Below, piece by piece: positions 54,186 to 64,000 of a stretch of DNA of 64,000 nt. Position numbers and translations under genes: made by a program. Source of the DNA: Podarcis bocagei (lineage: Eukaryota). Location of the stretch: NCBI GenBank assembly GCA_964188305.1, contig OZ076885.1; one strand, given 5' to 3'. How positions within the stretch are numbered: position 1 is the stretch's first letter; the number at the start of each line of letters is the position of its first letter. The notes under the pieces are model-generated. The model ran no database searches, was not told where the DNA came from, and was given only the letters and a program-made list of their open reading frames with translations.

Positions 54186-55518
54186 TGTTATGTATTGAAG
54201 TTCTCACCCTGGCCACCAGGAGTATCGTGTAGATAGTTTTCACTCAGGTCCACGTCAGTTATTTTAGGCGGGAAACCCTGGGTTGTTGTTGCTACAATGT
54301 TGACAGCCGGCTGCCTATAAAAGCAGGCCGGCTGAGCTGTTTGCTGTTCAGTTCTGTTCCAGCTTACAAAATAAAGAGCTGCTTTGGAGAAATCGCTGTG
54401 TCGTCTGCCATGTCTACCCACTATTCAACACTGGCGACGAAGGTGGCCACCCTCTGATGAGCTGAATCACAGAGCTGAAACACTGAGCGAAATCACGGAG
54501 TAGAACCAATTCAGAGCTGACTGTTCTGGCTAGAGCACAGTGTTCCATCCATCGCCTCCACGTCGGCATCGGAACCATGGCTTCACTCGTGCCTCTACCG
54601 CCGTTTACCCCAGCCTCTGAATCATGGGACTCCTACCTCGCTCGGTTTGACTGCTACCTCCAAGCAAATGAGCTGACAAGAGGGTCTGAAGAGCAGAAGC
54701 GGGGCCTCCCCTCAGCCTTTGTGGCCCCGAAGTGTTCGCGACGGCCTGAGCATTGGTTGCGCCTCTAGCAGTCCAGGCAGAGCCGTGGGACACAATTCAA
54801 GAGAAGCTCCGCAACCACTACGCCCCAAGCCGTCCAAGATTGCTGCCCACCATGCGTTCTACCACCGGAACCAGGCAGAGGGGGAGTCAAATCAACAACT
54901 ACACCACCGCCCTCCGAGAGGCTGCAATGCACTGCGAGTTCCGAGACTTAGACGATGCCCTGGTGGATCAAATCGTCTGCGGGGTCCGGGACATCCGTCT
55001 GCAATGGCATCTCCTCGCCAAGCCAGACCTCTCGCTGCAGAAAGCCATTGAGGAGGCCGCGGCCTCAGAAGCTGTTGAACTCTCCGCCCAGGAAATCCAC
55101 AAGGCCAGTAGACCGTATTTAAAGGACTATGTTGGACATGTAACACCGTTGGTCTAATGGAAGTATGTGAATGTAACCAATATGCTTTATGCCTAATTGA
55201 ACCATTACGTGTAGTGCTGTATATAAGGAAACCATTACGATTGTAACTAACGTCTTATCTCAGTGGGGAGGGGTGTTATGTACTAAAGTTCTCACCCTGG
55301 CCACCAGGAGTATCGTGTAGATAGTTTTCACTCAGGTCCATGTCAGTTATTTTAGGCGGGAAACCCTGGGTTGTTGTTGCTACAATGTTGACAGCCGGCT
55401 GCCTATAAAAGCAGGCCGGCTGAGCTGTTTGCTGTTCAGTTCTGTTCCAGCTTACAAAATAAAGAGCTGCTTTGGAGAAATCGCTGTGTCGTCTGCTATG
55501 TCAACCCACAACTTAACA
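54186..55518 (+). mobile_element. Internally deleted non-autonomous Gypsy (Mag-like) LTR element, 1,333 bp
   Basis: 245-bp TG...CA LTRs (54186-54430, 55274-55518) with TATAAAA and AATAAA; TSD GAAAT; PBS TGGCGACGAAGGTGG (54432-54446); PPT 55263-55273. Confidence 0.93.
54577..55157 (+). pseudogene. Frameshifted gag N-terminal fragment fused to a pol C-terminal stub
   Basis: PPF...ESWDSYLARF, RNQAEGES, Y..ALR..A.HCEF..LDD.L.DQIVCG spread over several frames; ends LKDYV. Confidence 0.8.
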
Positions 55519-55732
55519 GAAATCCACCAAACACATTAATCAGACACATTGGGAAATCAGACACAGATGTTAATACTGAAACCTACACAGTCAAACCACT
55601 CCTTAGCCCTTATGGATAATTATCTGCTAGTGCAGTAGAGTACAATTAATTAAGAACATTTTTATTGGATGGGATCAAGTAATGGATTCATCAGAAATAA
55701 CTGCCTACCTGCAGAGACTATGTCTATGGATA

Positions 55733-55912
55733 CAGTGGCGTAGCGTGGGGGGTGCAGGGGGTGCCGGCCGCACCGGGCGCAACATCTGGGGTTAGGGCAA
55801 ATCTATGGGTTAGGGGGCGCAAATCCACAGGTTAGGGGGCGCAAATCCACGGGTTAGGGGGCGCAAATTACTTGCCTTGCCCCGGGTGCTGACAACCCAC
55901 GCTACGCCGCTG
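55733..55912. mobile_element. hAT MITE, copy 2 (180 bp)
   Basis: TIR CAGTGGCGTAGCGTGGG; perfect 8-bp TSD TATGGATA (55725-55732, 55913-55920). Confidence 0.9.
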
Positions 55913-56189
55913 TATGGATATTGATTTAGAAGTACTACTTGTGTTTAGTGGGGCTTACTCCCAAGTAATTATGTATGGCATTGAAACCCATTGAATGGCT
56001 AATAGTAACAGCAGCCTCTTATATACAGCAATTTATGTTTTCAGAATGAGGATGACAAACAAAACAATGTTAGCATTTTTAAAGTGTATTTGCCATCTTG
56101 AGCAGCCTGTTTTAATTATTGTTATTATTATCATTAAAACTACAAATAGATGTTTTTCACCAATAAGTTTTTCACACACACACACACCC

Positions 56190-56279
56190 CATAGCTGTCA
56201 ATGTTTCCCTTTTTTAAAGGGAAATTCCCTTATTCTGAATAGGATTCCTCACAAGAAAAGGGAAAAGTTGACAGCTATG
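56190..56279. mobile_element. 90-bp hAT MITE with the same TIR as 49769-50356
   Basis: CATAGCTGTCAA...TTGACAGCTATG inside a (CA)n tract; 7/8 TSD. Confidence 0.8.
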
Positions 56280-57166
56280 ACACACACACATGCATAAAAA
56301 TGATCCATGGGGAGGGCCACTCTGCTAAGCCTTCAATGCCCAAGTTGATAAATGAACAGAATAGTATTGTCCCCACACTCATGGCTCTATCACTCCCCAG
56401 CCAATCTCTGGACTGGTAGACTAGATATCAAGGTTTGGAAGGAGGGAGAGTGTTTTGGCTATATGTGCATGGCGAGAGGTTGTGCATCGTTTCTGTCTGA
56501 GCCAACAATAGCTTTGCTTCCAGGCGGCTAATAGGATCAGTGATGGAAATGAGATTAGGAAACTGATTTTGAACATTTTGTTTCATCTAAAGGGATTATG
56601 TTGTATGAGTCTTGGGGGGAAATTAATCGCCTTGTTCCTCTTAGAAGCAAACCTATATTTGTATTTGGAATCTGTTTGCTGCTGCATCATCACCATGTGA
56701 TTAATACTAATTTATCAGTTTCTTCATTTATAATGATTGTCCTGGGATGCTTTTCACAACTGCATTAAGGAACTGGTCAGGGCATCCTTCTCAGGTTTTA
56801 TGCACCATTTTAAGGTGTTGATTTTCATGGGACTGAAATCCCACTGGGCTGGACGGCAACATATCTTTTAGGCCAGCCACAAATCCAGTTAAGATAGCAG
56901 GATCCGGTTTACAGAACAGTAAAGAGTAATACTTAAAAAAAAAAAGATTTAGTAGACCTTATTTAAAGCTGTGATCTGCAAAGCATTCACAGATTTCTCA
57001 CCTTTCTGACGAACCTTTAGCAGCAAGAGGCTGAAGATTAATAGAATTCAAACATACTGTAGTGAACTGGAGAAAGATGCTACTTGGCATTACTGAAACA
57101 TGTCTGAAGCACCTGTAATAAAAAGGCCCATTTAGTTATCCTTCTAAAGAAACATTGATGACAATA

Positions 57167-57418
57167 CAGTGGTACCTTGGTTTAAGATCAGCTTAGTTTA
57201 TGAACAACTTGGATTAAGAACGCTGCAAACCCGGAAGTAGGTGTTTTGGTTTGTGAACTTTGCCTTGGAAGCAGAACATGTTTCACTTCCTGTTGAGTGT
57301 GTTCCATTTGTAAAATGAGTCCCCAGCTGCTATGGGAAAGAATGCCTTGGTTTAAGAACGCTTTGGTTTAAGAACGGACTTCCGGAACGGATTAAATTCG
57401 TAAACCAAGGTACCACTG
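57167..57418. mobile_element. Tc1/mariner (Tigger/pogo-like) MITE
   Basis: 18-bp TIR CAGTGGTACCTTGGTTTA; TA target duplication. Confidence 0.88.
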
Positions 57419-58439
57419 TACACATATTCCTGGGATGCATTTATCCAAATAGGATATCTTGAGCTGCTTTTCCAGTTGTCTGTTTTGAACAGGAAAAAAC
57501 GGCAACTGTCCGTTGTTGAGTTTTAGCATATGTGATCTCTTGTATAAATCCTTTCTGCATTTAGGTTTGCTACTGTTATGCAAGTCACTGAGTAGATGCT
57601 GTAATTAAAACTGAAATAATTAATATTGGACTTACATAACAAGGGATGGAGGAAGAAAAGTGACCAGCATAGACTTGCCATGGTTACTGGCATAGCTGCC
57701 CACACTGAAACCACACGGGAAGGAAAGGTGCGCAGTACAGTGTGTGACAAATGTGTCCACTTTTGCGCAAGGGTTTGTCCAGCCTTGTGAGTTATCTGTC
57801 ACATGCTGGACACAATTACAGGACACTTTGCTGCCATGCATTAGTTAGGAATGAGGCTGTTCCTCCAAACTATGCAGGTTCCAAATACACTGGTTTCAAG
57901 TGTGTGTTTCTGTTTAGAAGATGTACAGTATTGGTTTCGGTGGGACTTACCTGCCATAGGGTTATCTGTAGCCTAAACTTCTATTTTGTTTGGAAAGGTC
58001 AGTACTGCCTATTTTGTAGGCTAAGTAACATATTTTACTGCTTTTTTTTAAAAAAGAGCATCGCGTGCATTAACAATCATGGGCATTAACAATCAAAATA
58101 AGGAGCACTAACTTTTGCGTTTTCCATCAGCACTTCGACCACCTTTTCTTCGCTCTTCCTACCCCAAACCCTGGAAATAGCAGATGTGAGAGGTTTTGCG
58201 GGGAGAGGAGTCGATTTTTGGACTTTAGCAGATGCGTGCAAGGGTGAGCCTCCCCTGTTAAAAATTATGTTCGGGCTTCAGTGTACACAACCCCTGAAGG
58301 TGTAGAAGATCTGCCGCGAGACAATGTTAGCGAGAGAAAAACAATAGAAACTTCAGCTTTTTTCAAACGGACGCCACAATTCCAGTTAAGGATTTGTAAA
58401 ACATGTGCATTACAGCGGAAAAACAACGAAGAAGAAAAT

Positions 58440-58512
58440 TGGAGAATGCGGGCATCGATCCCGCTACCTCTCGCATGCTAAGCGAGCGCTCTACCATTTG
58501 AGCTAATTCCCC
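58440..58512 (-). tRNA. tRNA-Ala-AGC: tRNA-Ala (anticodon AGC)
   Basis: GGGGAATTAGCTCAAATGGTAGAGCGCTCGCTTAGCATGCGAGAGGTAGCGGGATCGATGCCCGCATTCTCCA; 73-nt cloverleaf, G3:U70 identity pair, downstream T4/T5 terminator. Confidence 0.97.
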
Positions 58513-58539
58513 CTGCTTCTGAGCGACTTACAAGTAGTG

Positions 58540-59900
58540 CCTTTCGTAAGTCTCGTTTCGCGTCAACTCCGCCCCCTCCAGTTAAAGAAGCCGCTGTTGT
58601 CAGGCAGTTTGATATCTTCAATTACACAAAGAGGGCGTGGTTTCTCACGCCGCCCAATAGGGAAGCGTATTCGCTCCTAGTCATTTGTTTGCCCTCGTTC
58701 GTTCTCATTGGTCCGAGCTCTTCGGCAAGCGATTGGCCGCCATTGGTTTATTTTTAAATGGCAGCGGAGGTTTTAGTTGGACAACATGAACGCCTTTCAA
58801 AGTGACGTCAGTTGGTTGCTAAGGCGTAGAGGTGGGAAGTTAGAGGCGCCCGTCTGGAAACGCTGATTGGGCGAAACAAAGCCGTGACCCCGGCCTTTAT
58901 ACCCTTTATTGCCCAATGGTGAGGTAGCTTGGCGTGTGATCGACGACACATTGGAACCAGTAGCAAACAGAGGCTTTTGCCATTGTCCAATAGAAGAGGT
59001 GATTGATGAAGAAAGGTGTGAGCCTTAGAGGGTTGATTGGCAGGAATGGGGGGGATGGGGACAGAGGAGGACTCGAAGGAGCTGATATGTCCGCCATCTT
59101 GAAGAGTCGGTGATGGTGGCGAGCAGTACTTTTCCCGCCTGAGCGGGGGGGTCCGCCAGGAGGGGGGGTAAGAGGCGCGCTGGAGGAGGCGGGGGGGGGG
59201 TTGTGCGTTGGGCCCATTTCAGCGCCTCGAGTTTAATTGTTCTTCACGAGGCTCGAGGACAGTAAAGGCGGGATGGGGGGGGGCTTCGTTCCTTCTTCCC
59301 TCTGAGGGATCGGGTGGGGGCCGGGGAGGCCGAGGAACCGCTTGAGTGGGAGATAGTCCTCGCCTCCCTCCACCGCTTAGTCACTCCTGTGAGCCGCCGC
59401 CTCTCTTTCCCGGCCTGGATCCCACAGGGAAGCGGGATGAGGCCTTCCTTTCTCCGTCTCTCTCACCCCTCACCTCCCAGCAGCGGCCTAAGCGCCTCGG
59501 TTTGTTTTGATTCCTGAGATGTGTTCCCCGCAGTCCCCCAGTTCTGCGTCGCAGCGGCCTGCGTCTCTTCCCCTCCCGCCTCCCTCTTTCTACCATGTGA
59601 GGAGGGGTGGAAAGGAAGGGAGCCCCCGAAGCCTTTTCTTCTGAAGGCCTGGGGGGGGGCGTCGTTGGTTGCTGCTGCCGCCACCTTCTCGGATGGAATG
59701 GGCGGGTATTGGGGACCCCCTGCCCGCACCCCACGTCCTCCCATTCCCTCGGTCTTTCCCCCCTTGGGGGGACTCTGGGCCGGTGTGCGAAGTCCTCTGG
59801 GCTTCTTTTGAGAGGTGGGAGGGCGTGTAGAAATTCCCATTTATATCCTCTCCCGTCTTTCCTACAAAAAGAAGGGGAAATTGTTGTAGTAGGATGACCT
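58540..59900 (+). promoter_or_regulatory. CpG-island housekeeping promoter, probably of PPP6R3 (synteny inference)
   Basis: High CpG; 8 CCAAT/ATTGG boxes in 58654-59040; CRE TGACGTCA 58803-58810; YY1 motif CCGCCATCTT 59091-59100; GC boxes; candidate donor GTAAGA near 59168. Confidence 0.75.
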
Positions 59901-60770
59901 CTTTTCCCCGTAAACAACCTTTGGACTCGCTTCCTTGGCTGAGCGAAGATGTGAAATGAACCTTTGCTTAAAGGGTAGCAAGAAGGTCTTGTGCGTTTGG
60001 CTTCTGGGATGTGAACTTGGGTGGTGGGAGCTCATTTGCGGTTTCCTGCAGCAGCTGCTGTGATATGACTGTATTAATAGAGCGGGATACGAGCATCCTG
60101 CTTCAGGCAAACAGTTTGGGCGGGATTTAAAGTTTTTATCCGGCACAAATAAAGCACGTTCTAGGTTGTTAGATACTTCCTCTGCTCCGACGCGTCCTTT
60201 TTCCTGGCAGGGACAAAGTTAGAGGGAAAGTGTTAACGTCAATTGGCTGCTTTTTCAAGCAATACTTAACTATTTTTAGATTGAGAAACTTAGTAAAAAC
60301 GACAACTTCCTGCAACAATCCTTGATTTAAAATCGAGGAGAGTTCTTTATGTACTCTTGCATTCTAATAGATATTGCAACATTTTTTTCTACTAGAACTG
60401 GCAGTTTCCTTTTAAACTATGTACAGTACTTGTGTTAGTAACATTGTGCAATGTTTGTGAGAATGCTGTCCCCGTGGAATCTATGAGTTCAATTAGTAAT
60501 ACTAACATCTGAACTCCACTAATTTTTGAACTTTTGCTAGTGGGGCAATTGATCAGCCTGATAGGGATCCTTCATTATTTTGATGGTTTGATGGGGAAGA
60601 TATTGAGGGGAAAAGTCTTGCTGACAACATCAGTGAAGTAAAAGGAAGATAAGAGACTAGGTAGAACTAGACTTGAATAATAAATAATTGCTCAAAGGAT
60701 AAAATGGGTTACTACTAAAAATTACCCAAAAAATGTTTGGAGTGCTCAGATACCTATGCTTTAGTATCTA

Positions 60771-62067
60771 CCGTATTTTTCGCTCTATTGGACGCACCGG
60801 ACCACAGGACACACTTAGTTTTTAGAGGGGGAAATCAAGGGGAAAATATATTATTCCCCCCCCCCACCCCCAAAGAGCAACGGACAGGCTGTGCGCTTCC
60901 TCTTTAGCCTTGAGCAGCATCTTTAGCCTTGCACAACGGGATGGATCGTGCCCGCTGTCCACCGGGGCTGGACTAGATGACTCCTGGGGTTCCCTTCCAA
61001 CCCTGCAATTCTGTGACCTCGGAAGTTGTTGGGGGTCTCCACCACTGGAGGCTTTTAAGCAGCAGTTGGGGGACCATCTGCCTGGCGTTCTTTAGCTGTG
61101 ATTCCTACATTGTGAGGGGGCTGGGCTAGATGACCCTCGGGTGGCCCTCCCAACTCTATACAGTCCTACACTTCTGCGGCAGGAGATCCACAGCCACTTC
61201 ACACAATGCCCATTCCCAATTTTCATTGGAGAGACATGTGGCTTCACTGTCTAGGTAGGTACCCCCCTACCTGCCACTCTTCCCTCACCCCACTTAAGCC
61301 GAGGGAATTCCTGCCCAGAGAAGCTCCCAGGTGAGGCAAGGGTTAAGATCTACCTCTGGTAAATGGCTTTGTATCCTCTTTCCCTTTTCTCTTCTTCTAT
61401 GCTAGTTCCTTCTTTTGTGTTTTGTTTAATCTGTTTTTATTGTATACTAAAATAAAAGCTGTAAAGTTTCCTTTTTAATAATATTCTCCCCCTCCAAACT
61501 AAAACATTAATCTAGATAAAAACACTGATCCAGAGGAAAATAAGGGGGTGGAGAAAGGACGAAAAAAGAAAAAGAGGTAGAGATAGACAGATTTTTAAAA
61601 AGTTGGCTTCTTTAGCCTTGTGCAGCCTCCCGCAGCTGGAGAGGCGTGCTAGGCAAAAGAGGAAACCCGGGCAGCGAGCGGGATGGATCGCGCTCGCCCG
61701 GGCTTCCTCTTTAGCCTTGGGTAGCCTCCCACGGCTGGAGAGGCGCGCACGGCTAAAGAGGAAGCCCGGGCAGCGAGCGGGATGGATCGCGCTCGCTGCC
61801 CGGGCTTCCTCTTTAGCCTTGCACAGCCTCCCGCGGCTGGAGAGATTGCGCAAGGCTTTTCTAGAAGAGGGAGAAGGGACTGACTGGCCGCGTCTGTCCC
61901 TTCTCCCTCCTGGGGAAAAGCCCGCAAGAGCCGCGCGAAGCTTGTGTGTGGCTCTTGGGGGCTTTTCCTGCTTGCCTCCCCCCCTGCATTCGCTCCATAG
62001 GACGCAAAGACTTTTCCCCTTAGTTTTTAAGACGGAAAAACTGCGTCCTATGGTGCGAAAAATACGG
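60771..62067. mobile_element. 1.3-kb non-autonomous Tc1/mariner (Tc2/pogo-like) element with internal cargo
   Basis: TIR CCGTATTTTTCGC..AT.GGACGCA; TA flanks at 60769-60770 and 62068-62069. Confidence 0.85.
61605..61845. repeat. ~100-bp GC-rich tandem repeat (~2.4 units) containing a 29-bp perfect inverted repeat
   Basis: tttagccttg recurs at 61611, 61710 and 61812; arms 61751-61779 and 61790-61818. Confidence 0.85.
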
Positions 62068-64000
62068 TAATTCTGCTTGTACTTCCAGCCAGATTAGGGT
62101 CAGGAAGGGTTGTTTTCCATATTGACTGATGACTGATTTTTTTTCATATTTTCTCTTGTATCGTGGTATCCTTATTGGCTTGAGCCATCTGTAAACACAG
62201 CTTTTCCTACTACAGGCACATCAAGAAATGGTGCAGCTTTCTTGATGTGCTATGCATTAGCTTTCTAGATTTGAATTCTTTAATTCTGTTTCCACAGATG
62301 GTACTTCCAGTGGCTCTTTCACCTCTCGCCTCTGTAAGTAGAATGGAGGGTAACCTACATTAGCTAGCTAGAGCATACAATGCATTTTAAATAGAATACT
62401 TTACCATTTCCACTATCAGTCTATTTTATTTTCATCCTGCTTTTCACACAAATCTCAAAGTGACATAAACACCTGCAAGTGATATATTCCAGGCTAAAAA
62501 TAATTTGTAGCATCAGTTATGGAAAATAATGCCCTTTACATAGATTAGGTGACCATAAAGTTCTTCCAACTTTTGATTATTTCAGTATTTAAGAATTTGA
62601 AGGGAAAGATGAAAACCTCTAAATAATTATTTAATTTAAAACTTCTCTGTTGGAGATAAATTGTTTGTATTTTCAAGGCTTAAATAGGATGGAAATATCA
62701 CTAGATAAACACCATTTCTTGCATGTCATAGGAGACAGAGGATGAAGGCATTTTTTCACTTTTCACAGCTAAGACTGCAATCCTATACAGTGGTACAAAC
62801 GGTTAGGGTTACAAACACTTCGGTAACCACAAATTTGGGAATAAGTCCCATTGAACTCAAATGAATATTATATTACATTAGAGTAGATAGGTATAGGATT
62901 GCACTGTTTACTTGAGCAAGAATCCAAGAGTCAGTTCTAATGTATATTCTATCCAGCATAGGTTAAATGCTATTCTGGAAGTGGGATAAATGAAAAGACT
63001 TTCACACTGGAACCGTTCTGGAAATTGAGTTACAAAATGCTTCGTGCTCCCAATCCTAGATAGAAGACATGCCTAAACCCAGTGAAATCTGCTAATGTTA
63101 AAGCTGATTCAGTCCTATGTAGGGTGAAAATTACTTTTGAAAGTTAGTGGTGCTATGCTTCTGCAATACAGTAGTAAGTTAATGAAACTAACCTTTACTC
63201 TTAGTCCCAAAACAGACCAGATATTACAAATCTGTGGTCAAAACTATCATTTTCTCTTAGAAGTAGCCATGAGGGCTCTGGGGGATTTTTGAACCTTCTC
63301 CATGTGTTTTTTTCCTGGCGTAATCTCTGCCCACCTTTCAGCTACTGCTTACACAAATGGAGAAAATTCACAGGTATGCTTACAGCTTCTCATAGTGGGT
63401 CAAATAGCAGATGTGTTTTGGCTAGGAGAGGCATGATTTGCATTTGCAAAATGGCATACAGGAAAGAGTTAAAGTCCCTCTGTGCTGTGGTCTTGATGCA
63501 GTCTAGGAGCCTCTGTGGATATATTCAAAAGAGATCGGCAGCAATGGGAGATGAATCACAAATCTCAAGCATTTCATTTAGTATCACTCTTAATTTACTG
63601 TAAAACATAAAGCCTAGCTTTTGACCTTGTCATTAAGATTGAATTTGAGATTGGAGTTTACTTATGTTTGATCTAAAAATGCATATTGGATCTAACAGTG
63701 TTGGATTTTTGAGCATGAAAAGGTGACACTGGAGAATGTTTAAAAGGCGATGTGGAATTATGATTATGTGAATGATTTTGTAGGTTCAGATTGATCGCTT
63801 TAGTGAAGGGCATCACAAGGACACAGTTAATCAATTTATTGGTAAAAGATCAAGTCTGGTTTACATAAATGCAGCCAAAATGCACACTAAACCAGTAATA
63901 CCAGTTTCCACTGCAAATATATTAACTAGAGCAACTGGTGGGGTATATGGGGTGTTAGGGGCAGTTTGAGTGTATGAGGTGTTAGGGGCAGGATACTACC

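Noticed and set aside
58906-60146. Several 90-180 aa ORFs in the CpG island
   Set aside because: Low-complexity Pro/Arg/Gly ORFs expected in GC-rich DNA; no homology recognised
61512-62070. Repetitive ORFs / CRISPR-like repeats
   Set aside because: Tandem palindromic repeats inside a MITE-like element, with no unique spacers and in a eukaryotic context

Overview
Vertebrate genomic DNA, almost certainly a squamate and probably a lacertid lizard (Sauria SINEs, squamate L2/CR1 fragments). The + strand carries the last 16 coding exons of LRP5 (equivalent to human exons 8-23, 12177-39466). Downstream are a 3' UTR, a TE-rich intergenic region, an intact tRNA-Ala(AGC) gene (- strand, 58440-58512) and a CCAAT/CRE/YY1-rich CpG-island promoter, probably that of PPP6R3 (inferred from synteny only). 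The main find is an intact, very young 5,470-bp Ty3/Gypsy chromovirus of the sushi/PEG10-related group (- strand, 5616-11085) in the intron before the first visible exon, with identical 408-bp LTRs and a GGCAT target-site duplication. Its readable signals are: an 11-nt Tf1-type self-priming PBS instead of a tRNA PBS; a -1 frameshift cassette with an H-type pseudoknot; a pol ORF that reads through the whole U3 of the 3' LTR; and, after a chromodomain with an incomplete aromatic cage, two tandem acidic F/LxGF motifs. These motifs resemble the LEDGF/p75-IBD (TFIIS-N-domain) interacting motifs of IWS1, POGZ and MLL1, suggesting a possible host-tethering route for integration into gene bodies. Also present are a 1.3-kb internally deleted tRNA-Ser-primed LTR element, several hAT and Tc1/mariner MITEs, a cargo-carrying DNA transposon and a candidate CTCF cluster. 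Everything was read by eye; no database searches were run.
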